Positions 1-5,701 are shown, counted from the stretch's first letter. The stretch: DNA of 29,458 bases from Acutalibacteraceae bacterium (GCA_963619995.1 CAVEYT010000001.1:1-29458); one strand, 5' to 3'. Program-made: numbers and translations. The notes: generated by a model from the letters alone, not told the origin.

Positions 1-26
1 GTATCATACTGTTTCTTCCTTGTCAA
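1..26 (-). promoter_or_regulatory. Divergent leftward sigma70-type promoter (probable lytic/cro side), truncated by window edge
   Basis: TTGACA on - strand at 26..21; 17 bp later TG-A-TAC... runs off the window; back to back with the repressor promoter. Confidence 0.5.
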
Positions 27-52
27 CAAAAATTGATAAATTTCAAAAAAAG

Positions 53-81
53 TTGATTTTCGGTGAACACGCCTTTATAAT
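53..81 (+). promoter_or_regulatory. Repressor promoter
   Basis: TTGATT (53-58), 17 bp spacer, TATAAT (76-81), then RBS AAAGGAG and ATG at 109. Confidence 0.75.
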
Positions 82-108
82 GAAGAAAACTTGAAAGGAG
101 ATTTTATC

Positions 109-504
109 ATGGAGAAAAATATTCGTCTCGTTGAAATGGGAAAACGCATTAGAAAATTGCGCTTGGAAAAAGAAATGTCTCAAGAGGCTTTGGCACACAT
201 GTGCGGTTATAATTCACGGTCAAGCATTAACAAAATAGAAGCAGGATTAAATGATATCCCTCAATCGAAAATAAAAGCTATTGCGGATGCACTTTCTGTT
301 TCCCCTGCGTGGCTTATGAGCGGAGAGAAAGAGAACGCCGAAACGGGCGGGGCGAGCGCTCCGGCCATCGACCTCGACGAAGCCGCCGTCCTCTCCCAAT
401 ACCGCCGCCTCTCCCCCGAAGGCAAAGAAGAGATCCACAAGCAACTCCGCTACCGCCTCCAAGATGAATACGAACAAAATAAAAAAGAAACCCGACATGC
501 CTAG
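109..504 (+). CDS. XRE-family HTH phage repressor (CI-like, no peptidase domain)
   Basis: RIRKLRLEKEMSQEALAHMCGYNSRSSINKIEAG...IADALSVSPAWLM HTH_3-like motif; C-terminal YRRLSPEGKEEI helix; upstream of integrase. Start moved to ATG 109 by RBS. Confidence 0.9.
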   Translation: MEKNIRLVEMGKRIRKLRLEKEMSQEALAHMCGYNSRSSINKIEAGLNDIPQSKIKAIADALSVSPAWLMSGEKENAETGGASAPAIDLDEAAVLSQYRRLSPEGKEEIHKQLRYRLQDEYEQNKKETRHA

Positions 505-539
505 CCTTCCCCACCCTCTTCCCCTGGGACCGCTTCATC

Positions 540-608
540 TTTGTAAAAACCGCGCTTTTTGCAAACATCATTTTTTATCTTTTCAAAAATGCCGCTTTTT
601 GAAAAGAT
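540..608. repeat. Two related inverted repeats (AAAAA-N6-TTTTT core)
   Basis: TTTGTAAAAA-CCGCGC-TTTTTGCAAA (540-565) and ATCTTTTCAAAAA-TGCCGC-TTTTTGAAAAGAT (577-608, perfect 13-bp arms). Confidence 0.7.
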
Positions 609-629
609 GATTCCCAATCCAATTTTATA

Positions 630-657
630 TTGACAAGTCTGTAAGATGTGGTAGCAT
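630..657 (+). promoter_or_regulatory. Promoter for abi leader RNA/abi gene
   Basis: TTGACA (630-635), 16 bp, TAGCAT (652-657) preceded by TG-G (extended -10). Confidence 0.65.
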
Positions 658-663
658 ACATCT

Positions 664-735
664 AAGCGAACCAGTGACGACTCTGCGGAGAACTCACGGA
701 AGCCTACCAATCTGCGGACTGGTAGGCTTTTCTTT
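664..735 (+). ncRNA. Structured leader/small RNA upstream of abi gene, ending in an intrinsic terminator
   Basis: Hairpin GTGA-CGA-CTC-TGCG-GAG-AAC-TCAC (674-697); terminator AAGCCTACCA...TGGTAGGCTT (700-729) + T-tract; both capped by C(UGCG)G loops. Confidence 0.55.
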
Positions 736-751
736 ATTTGGAGGTAAAAAT

Positions 752-1681
752 ATGAAGCAAATGAAATTCCATTCGGCATGCGAAGCGATTCAACACATGA
801 AAAGCCGTGGTATTACCTTCCGTTATATTTCCGAGGATGGCGCCGCCCGATTCCTCGAGAATAACAATTACTACCACAAAATCATCACATATTGCGAAAA
901 TTACCGAAAAATCCAAGACGGTATTCACGATGGAGAATATGAGCGTCTGGATTTCGCGTATCTTAAAGAGCTTTCAATTATCGATATGCATCTTAGGTAT
1001 CTGCTTATTCAAATGTGCCTTGATATCGAGCACCATATCAAATTGACGCTCATTCACGACGTTTCAAGCAATCCGCAAGAAGACGGATACAATATCGTCA
1101 ATCAATTCGATCCGAGCGGCGCAATTCGAAAACGCGTATTATCCCGCACGAGTAGCAATTACGCCTACGACCTAACAGCAGAATACCGCGAAAGCCTAAA
1201 TTTCCCCATATGGATTTTATGCGACCTTCTCACCTTCGGAGAATTATGCCACCTATACGGGACGTATGTAGATTTATATCCCGGTCGTCGGCTTCCGTCT
1301 CTCAAATTATTGTCGGCAATCCGAAGCATGCGAAACAGTTGCGCTCACAATAATTGTCTGCTGTATCGCCTTTGTTTTAGTAGCCGTCGCGGGAATACGC
1401 CCGTCATGAGTAATATCGTCTCTAAAATCCCTACGATTACAAAGACAAGCAGAAAATTCTACATGAATATTATTCCGATTCATGACTTCGTGGTGGTCTT
1501 ATATGCTTATGCCCAGTTCGTCAAAAGTAAAGGCTTGAAACGAAAACGGAAAAAGGATCTCTGTCGGCTGTTTCATCACCGAATAGCAGAACATGCGGAT
1601 TATTTCACGTCAAATCCGGCATTGATAAGTGCCTACCAATTTTGCACTCGCTTCCTTTTGTTCGTTTTGAAAAAATATTGA
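752..1681 (+). CDS. Abi family (Abi_2 / AbiD-AbiF-like) HEPN RNase, abortive infection protein
   Basis: QHMKSRGITF, FLENNNYY, LSIIDMHLRYLL...CLDIEH, PIWILCDLLTFGELCHLY and HEPN RxxxxH motif RNSCAH; RBS GGAGG before ATG 752; AT-richer than the structural genes. Confidence 0.88.
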   Translation: MKQMKFHSACEAIQHMKSRGITFRYISEDGAARFLENNNYYHKIITYCENYRKIQDGIHDGEYERLDFAYLKELSIIDMHLRYLLIQMCLDIEHHIKLTLIHDVSSNPQEDGYNIVNQFDPSGAIRKRVLSRTSSNYAYDLTAEYRESLNFPIWILCDLLTFGELCHLYGTYVDLYPGRRLPSLKLLSAIRSMRNSCAHNNCLLYRLCFSSRRGNTPVMSNIVSKIPTITKTSRKFYMNIIPIHDFVVVLYAYAQFVKSKGLKRKRKKDLCRLFHHRIAEHADYFTSNPALISAYQFCTRFLLFVLKKY

Positions 1682-1706
1682 CAAACCCCCTGCCTTGTTG
1701 TAGAAT
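1678..1706 (+). promoter_or_regulatory. Near-consensus promoter overlapping the abi stop codon
   Basis: TTGACA (1678-1683, includes the TGA stop), 17 bp, TAGAAT (1701-1706). Confidence 0.8.
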
Positions 1707-1712
1707 ACAGTC

Positions 1713-1777
1713 ACGAGGAAAAAGCCTTCGAGGCTTTTTGGATGGGGCATGTTACGGCATACCCCTTATTTTTATTT
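1713..1777 (+). ncRNA. Putative AbiF-associated small RNA (candidate RNA antitoxin)
   Basis: Own promoter; hairpin AAAAAGCCT-TCG-AGGCTTTTT (1719-1739); hairpin GGGG-C-ATGT-TACG-GCAT-A-CCCC (1744-1765) followed by T-rich tract; no RBS-led ORF. Confidence 0.55.
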
Positions 1778-1780
1778 GTG

Positions 1781-1823
1781 GGCGCGGTGTTTGTCAATAC
1801 GACAAAGCAACCGCGCCTTTTCT
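1781..1823 (+). terminator. Intrinsic terminator-like hairpin between abi module and integrase
   Basis: GGCGCGGT-G-TTTGTC-AATAC-GACAAA-GCA-ACCGCGCC followed by TTTTCT. Confidence 0.6.
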
Positions 1824-1830
1824 ATTTCTA

Positions 1831-1916
1831 CTATTTTGCCGACGTCGGCAAAATAGCAAAGTTCGTACCAATACGCACTATTTCAGTTGTTGCAAATTTT
1901 ACAACAACTGAAATAG
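1831..1916. repeat. Pair of long palindromes upstream of integrase
   Basis: Perfect 26-bp palindrome CTATTTTGCCGACGTCGGCAAAATAG (1831-1856); 15-bp arms CTATTTCAGTTGTTG-N9-CAACAACTGAAATAG (1878-1916). Both start CTATTT and end AAATAG-CAA. Confidence 0.85.
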
Positions 1917-1958
1917 CAATATTTATAAAATGAATATTGCTACAGAAAGGAGAAAGAG

Positions 1959-3029
1959 ATGGAGTACAATTTCAGCGTTAGAAAGCGCGGTAACAAATGG
2001 CACTTAGTGTGCAGTTATAAAACGGCCGACGGCTGGAAGCAAAAAACAAAAGGCGGCTTCGCGCTTCGCAAGGACGCTATGGCTTGGGAGGGAAAGGAAT
2101 CTCTGATAAAGGAAATAAAAAAAGCCGAGGCCGTTTCCCCGACGTTTCAAAATATCACCCTTCGCGGCTTTCTTGAGTTTTACATCGCCGAGCACCCCAC
2201 GCTTGCCTACAATACCATTGCCACCTATAGGACGTCTATTGACGGCTTGCCATATATCGCCAATAAACCGATAAAAGATATTTCTTTGCTCGCCATCATC
2301 AGCGCTCTTCGCGCGTTGCAGCATATGCCCGGTAAATTGAAAACGGCGCGAACATTATTAAAAACGCTTTTTTCCGCTGCCGTCATGTACAACGCCATCG
2401 CGAAAAATCCGCTGGTTGATTATAAATTTCCGCAAATAAAAAGTGACAAAGAGAGCAAGCGCCTCCGCGTCTTTACGGACGAGCAAATCGCCGACGTGAT
2501 GAGACGCGGCGCGGATGACGAGCCGTCCTTAATAATGGCCATCGCCGCTGCCACCGGTATGCGAGCCGGTGAGATACTCGGTCTTAAATGGAGCGACATC
2601 GATTTTGTCGCAAGCCGCCTGACGGTCAATAAGCAGTGGAAACGGATCGGGCGCGAAAACGGAAAAACGATATACGGCTTTGGCAACGTCAAAAGCAAAA
2701 ACGGAAACCGCACTCTATTTATACCGCCGTCCTTGATGCGTGTCCTGATAGAATATAAGGCAAGCCATCCCATCAATATCAGTGGCCGCATTGCAACAAT
2801 AGACACCACGTCGAGCTTAAATTATCGCGTCGAAACTCGCTACCCCAACCACTCGATGCATGACTTCCGGCACACATTCGGCACGCGTTTATCCTTGACG
2901 TGTCCAAACGTCTCTATCCTCGCGGCAACTCTCGGCGACAGCGAAGAAACAGTGGTTAAGACGTACTTGAACTACAGCGAAGAAATGCGAAAGGCGGCCG
3001 AAACGCACATAGCGGAAATGTTCTCATGA
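1959..3029 (+). CDS. int: Phage integrase, tyrosine recombinase with N-terminal arm-binding domain
   Basis: TGMRAGEILGLKWSDIDF (Arg), VKSK (Lys), HDFRHTF (HxxR), LGDS, KTYL (Tyr); N-terminal RKRGNKW...WKQKTKGGF; RBS AAGGAG. Confidence 0.96.
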   Translation: MEYNFSVRKRGNKWHLVCSYKTADGWKQKTKGGFALRKDAMAWEGKESLIKEIKKAEAVSPTFQNITLRGFLEFYIAEHPTLAYNTIATYRTSIDGLPYIANKPIKDISLLAIISALRALQHMPGKLKTARTLLKTLFSAAVMYNAIAKNPLVDYKFPQIKSDKESKRLRVFTDEQIADVMRRGADDEPSLIMAIAAATGMRAGEILGLKWSDIDFVASRLTVNKQWKRIGRENGKTIYGFGNVKSKNGNRTLFIPPSLMRVLIEYKASHPINISGRIATIDTTSSLNYRVETRYPNHSMHDFRHTFGTRLSLTCPNVSILAATLGDSEETVVKTYLNYSEEMRKAAETHIAEMFS

Positions 3030-3031
3030 AA

Positions 3032-3257
3032 TTTATTGCCACTTTTATTGCCACTTCCGTGCGAAATCGCATAAACAAGCGGAAAATTAGGTGTTTGATT
3101 ATATTTTTTAATTATATGGCATCTCGGCAAAAAAAGCTACAAAAAGATATATTTTGCTATTTTTCGGACAAAAATGCCTTTTTGTGTCTTTTGGCGCGTC
3201 AGGAAAAACTATAAAAAGCTAAATTTCATTTGCCACTTTTTTGCCACTTTTGACATT
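3032..3257. other. Probable attP: integrase arm-type repeats flanking an AT-rich core region
   Basis: TTTATTGCCACT twice in tandem (3032-3055); TTGCCACTT at 3230-3238 and 3241-3249; degenerate TTGACATT at 3250-3257; directly after the int stop, with phage genes on both sides. Confidence 0.7.
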
Positions 3258-3275
3258 AAAAGGGCAACGAAACGC

Positions 3276-3310
3276 AAAAATTAAAAGCGCCCATCTCTGG
3301 ACGCTTTTAA
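3276..3310 (-). terminator. Intrinsic terminator of the accessory (acr) operon
   Basis: TTAAAAGCG-C-CCA-TCTC-TGG-A-CGCTTTTAA inverted repeat (3281-3310); T-run on - strand; 27 bp after the stop at 3338. Confidence 0.7.
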
Positions 3311-3337
3311 CTCGCTTACTCATGCACTATTTCGCTT

Positions 3338-3745
3338 TTATTCTTCCGGAATGTCTATTCCGGCCTTCCGGAGTTCCTCTTTCTGCCAATCTCTCAGGTC
3401 GAATTTCGGCATCGGCTCGTCGCCGTAGTAAATCGCCGGTGTGATATTGATGATCGAAAGTGTGCTGTCGTATATGTCGTGATATTCTTCGCCGTCGTAT
3501 TCCCAGGTGGTGCCTTCTTCGATATCTTCTTCCGTCGCCGGTGTCGCTTCTACGAGCCAGACTTGCGCCCACTCTTCCTCGCCGCGTCTTTGCGCGTCGG
3601 CCATGTGGCGGATTTCAAATCTCGTGAGACGAGTCTGCACCATATCAAGCGCGCGCTCTTCCAAGAGACCTTCGCCGACGACTGCATGTGATTCTGTGGC
3701 GCCTGACATTTCGGCGAAAATTGTGAAAACTTTTTTGCTTGCCAT
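3338..3745 (-). CDS. Acidic hypothetical protein (135 aa), candidate anti-defence protein
   Basis: RBS AAAGGAG + ATG 3745 (MASKKVFTIF...); E/D-rich; last gene of the operon containing the AcrIC5-like gene. Confidence 0.75.
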   Translation of the reverse strand: MASKKVFTIFAEMSGATESHAVVGEGLLEERALDMVQTRLTRFEIRHMADAQRRGEEEWAQVWLVEATPATEEDIEEGTTWEYDGEEYHDIYDSTLSIINITPAIYYGDEPMPKFDLRDWQKEELRKAGIDIPEE

Positions 3746-3768
3746 TTTGTTTACTCCTTTACGAAAAC

Positions 3769-3966
3769 TTAATCCGATTCTTTTTGCTGTCCATACAGCC
3801 GCTCCATTCCGGCGCGAGTGACGAGCCATGTCCGGCCGGACTTGCGGAACTCCTCAGGACGGAAGCCGTTTTTCACGCGGCCTTGGCAGTTTTGCTTCAG
3901 CGCGTTTGGCGTAATACCCCAGCGTTCGCCCGCCTCTAGTGTTGTCATCACATCCTCAAGCTCCAC
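3769..3966 (-). CDS. Small helix-turn-helix protein (65 aa), candidate Aca-like autoregulator
   Basis: GGAGG + GTG 3966; LEDVMTTLEAGERWGITPNALKQNC...FRKSGRTWLVTRAGMERLYG resembles excisionase/MerR-like winged HTH. Confidence 0.8.
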   Translation of the reverse strand: MELEDVMTTLEAGERWGITPNALKQNCQGRVKNGFRPEEFRKSGRTWLVTRAGMERLYGQQKESD

Positions 3967-4099
3967 GCCACAGCCTCCATCCGATATATCCACCAATCAC
4001 AAGGCCGCTGATCAGTGCTTCGACGGCCACTTTGTCCCACGCGAGCGCTGACAATCCAAGCACTGACGCAGCAATAACCACTACATCACATGTTTTCAT
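3956..4099 (-). CDS. Small membrane protein (47 aa; not in ORF track)
   Basis: RBS AAGGAGG + ATG 4099; MKTCDVVVIAASVLGLSALAWDKVAVEALISGLVIGGYIGWRLWRGA*; two hydrophobic segments; stop overlaps HTH gene start. Confidence 0.7.
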   Translation of the reverse strand: MKTCDVVVIAASVLGLSALAWDKVAVEALISGLVIGGYIGWRLWRGA

Positions 4100-4112
4100 T
4101 TCGCCCCTCCTT

Positions 4113-4298
4113 TTAATCGACGCGAAATTCTTCGCCGTATTTTTCTTTGTGCGCTTTGCAATACGCTTCTAAAAATTCTTCTTCGCTGCAGGGCGCCATT
4201 TCGCGGTGCAGCTCTTCGCGAATATCATCATCCATTAAGGCCTCCGCCGCGACGTACGAAATTTCCTGTCCATTGAGATTCACGATTTTGTTTGCCAT
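4113..4298 (-). CDS. acrIC5: AcrIC5-like anti-CRISPR protein (61 aa)
   Basis: LNGQEI...AA..LMD..REELH...EFLEAY..AH..KYGEEF.V matches end to end the AcrIC5 sequence as I recall it (LNGQQIDFDAAVNLMDAELREELH...EFLDAYVQAHAAKFDGEEFQV); acidic; RBS AGGAGG. Confidence 0.8.
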   Translation of the reverse strand: MANKIVNLNGQEISYVAAEALMDDDIREELHREMAPCSEEEFLEAYCKAHKEKYGEEFRVD

Positions 4299-4317
4299 TT
4301 TGTTTTCCTCCTACTTA

Positions 4318-4417
4318 TGGTATAATGAGGGTGTTGAGAGGGCTCCTTGCCCTCTCTTCCCTCGGCTTTTCTCATCGCTCACTTATTTGCGCTTGCGGCG
4401 ATGGAAGAGCCCTTTTT
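4318..4417 (+). ncRNA. Putative antisense RNA (type I antitoxin-like) with promoter and terminator
   Basis: TG-G-TATAAT (4318-4326); hairpin GAGAGGGC-TCCTT-GCCCTCTC (4336-4356); long hairpin GGCTTTTC-T-CATCGC...GCGATG-GAAGAGCC ending 4410 + CTTTTT; overlaps the 3' end of the 39-aa ORF. Confidence 0.6.
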
Positions 4418-4502
4418 CGTTGAGCCACATCGTTATGATCGGTGAGGCTAACGTTGCAATGATTGATAGAAACCATTGCCAATCGGCTTTTTCGATTTGC
4501 AT
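4383..4502 (-). CDS. Small hydrophobic peptide (39 aa), type I toxin-like (not in ORF track)
   Basis: RBS AGGAGGTG + ATG 4502; MQIEKADWQWFLSIIATLASPIITMWLNEKGLFHRRKRK*; one hydrophobic helix and a basic tail. Confidence 0.7.
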   Translation of the reverse strand: MQIEKADWQWFLSIIATLASPIITMWLNEKGLFHRRKRK

Positions 4503-4536
4503 TTTTTATCACCTCCTCTCTTTCCTTTCTGTACCT

Positions 4537-4564
4537 ATTATACCACACTAGGGGTATGTGTCAA
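4537..4564 (-). promoter_or_regulatory. Strong promoter of the accessory operon with operator-like inverted repeat
   Basis: - strand TTGACA (4564-4559), 16 bp, TG-G-TATAAT (-10 at 4542-4537); ATACC-N8-GGTAT at 4540-4557; AT-rich upstream region. Confidence 0.8.
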
Positions 4565-4648
4565 GCGCTTTTTGAAATTTTTTTATAAAATTTTTTCGCT
4601 TATCCATGCGCTTTTTGCGCTTTGGTAAAAATTTTTTATATTTTTCGC

Positions 4649-4696
4649 AATAGAAAAACGGCACAGGTCATTTCTAACCTGTGCCGTTTTTCTATT
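4649..4696. terminator. Terminator ending the late/lysis operon (potentially bidirectional)
   Basis: Perfect 20-bp inverted repeat AATAGAAAAACGGCACAGGT-N8-ACCTGTGCCGTTTTTCTATT. Confidence 0.85.
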
Positions 4697-5093
4697 TTAC
4701 ACACGCCCACACGACCGCTCCAATGGCGACCGCTGCCCATATGTTCCGCTGCCTATTCTTGACGGTCTCCTTGCGTTTCTGCTCTTTCTCGTATTCTTGC
4801 AAGGATGCTTCGGCTTTCTGCAATGAGTTCACCGTCGCTTCGTTCGAGTCGCTCAAGAGTTTCAGCCGTGCGTTGGCTGTCGCTAACTGCGCCTGCAGCG
4901 TCTTCAATGATTCCTCTTTGGTTTTCGAGTTCTCGGCTAGCGTTTCTAAGTTCCGCTCGAGCGTCGCCAGTTCCTCCTCCGTCACTTGGTACGTCATCGC
5001 GTAGGCCGGGGGATAGCAGGACGGCAGCAGCAAGCAGAAGAGTAACAAGGCAAAAGCTGAGAGCAAGAGTTTTCGGTGATTTAACCATCTCAT
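4692..5093 (-). CDS. Spanin-like protein: signal peptide, coiled coil, C-terminal hydrophobic anchor (133 aa)
   Basis: MRWLNHRKLLLSAFALLLFCLLLPSC (lipobox-like) or AYA SPase I site; heptad-rich middle; IWAAVAIGAVVWAC at the C-terminus; follows the endolysin. Confidence 0.6.
   Translation of the reverse strand: MRWLNHRKLLLSAFALLLFCLLLPSCYPPAYAMTYQVTEEELATLERNLETLAENSKTKEESLKTLQAQLATANARLKLLSDSNEATVNSLQKAEASLQEYEKEQKRKETVKNRQRNIWAAVAIGAVVWACVK
4753..5088 (-). CDS. i-spanin (Rz)-like protein nested in a different frame (111 aa)
   Basis: N-terminal hydrophobic helix LALSFCLVTLLLAAAVLL, Gly-rich linker, helical charged C-terminus; ATG 10 nt from the shared GAGGAGG. Confidence 0.5.
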   Translation of the reverse strand: MVKSPKTLALSFCLVTLLLAAAVLLSPGLRDDVPSDGGGTGDARAELRNASRELENQRGIIEDAAGAVSDSQRTAETLERLERSDGELIAESRSILARIRERAETQGDRQE

Positions 5094-5103
5094 GCTGCCC
5101 TCC

Positions 5104-5685
5104 TCAGTGCCACTCATTCATGTCGTAGTAGGCGCCGTCGATTTCATAGGCGTCGGTGTACTGCCAGCCTTTCAGGGTGTTTCCCGGGAAATATTCCGCA
5201 AAGTCGCAAGTCCGGTCGTACTGCGCGCACCAATATGGAACGTAGTCTGCTAGGGCTTTGACGTCGATATTGTCGATAAAGGTGTAGAGGCTTGCGTAGA
5301 TGCCGGCGCTGTAATCGCGATGATTGCAGGCCGTGATAAAGGCGGAGCATATCGCGGTGACGTCGGCTTTTTTGAGGCGCAGGACGTCGTCTTCTTCGAC
5401 GTCGTACCAGATGCCGAGCTTCGGTGCGCCGTGGCCGAGCTCCTCGATGGCGTTTAGGACGACTTCGGCTTCTTCTTTCGCGCGGTCCGTGGTTTTGGCG
5501 TGGGTGTAGCAGTAAACGCCCCACAGGAGGCCGTGCGCTTCGGCTGCGGCGATTTGGTCGGCGTAAAGATCGGCCAGGTCGCGACCTTCGGAAATTTTGA
5601 CGATGACTCCCTCGACGTGATGCGTCTTGATCACGCTATCCCAGTCAATTTGGTCATTCCATCCGGAAATATCCATGACTTTCAT
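5104..5685 (-). CDS. Endolysin, GH25 muramidase (catalytic domain only)
   Basis: MDISGWNDQIDW, VIVKISEG, GVYCY, WYDVE, GIYAS, WCAQY, GWQYTD, DMN motifs; RBS AAGGAG before ATG 5685. Confidence 0.92.
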   Translation of the reverse strand: MKVMDISGWNDQIDWDSVIKTHHVEGVIVKISEGRDLADLYADQIAAAEAHGLLWGVYCYTHAKTTDRAKEEAEVVLNAIEELGHGAPKLGIWYDVEEDDVLRLKKADVTAICSAFITACNHRDYSAGIYASLYTFIDNIDVKALADYVPYWCAQYDRTCDFAEYFPGNTLKGWQYTDAYEIDGAYYDMNEWH

Positions 5686-5701
5686 TTTTTTTCGCTCCTT
5701 T

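Noticed and set aside
335..530. GC-content jump within the repressor gene as a recombination junction
   Set aside because: Visible by eye and compatible with domain shuffling, but no boundary repeat or comparison sequence supports it.
702..1640. GCCTACCAAT present in both the abi leader (702-711) and the abi 3' end (1631-1640)
   Set aside because: Only 10 bp with no extension; may be chance and no function can be supported.
1719..1916. Hairpin cluster as a CRISPR or mini-array
   Set aside because: No identical direct repeats with regular spacers; the units differ in sequence and length.
1642..1933. 89-aa and 63-aa ORFs between abi and int
   Set aside because: No RBS; they run through promoter, hairpins and palindromes, which explain the region better.
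3026..3444. Short + strand ORFs after the integrase
   Set aside because: They overlap the att arm repeats and terminator and lack RBSs.
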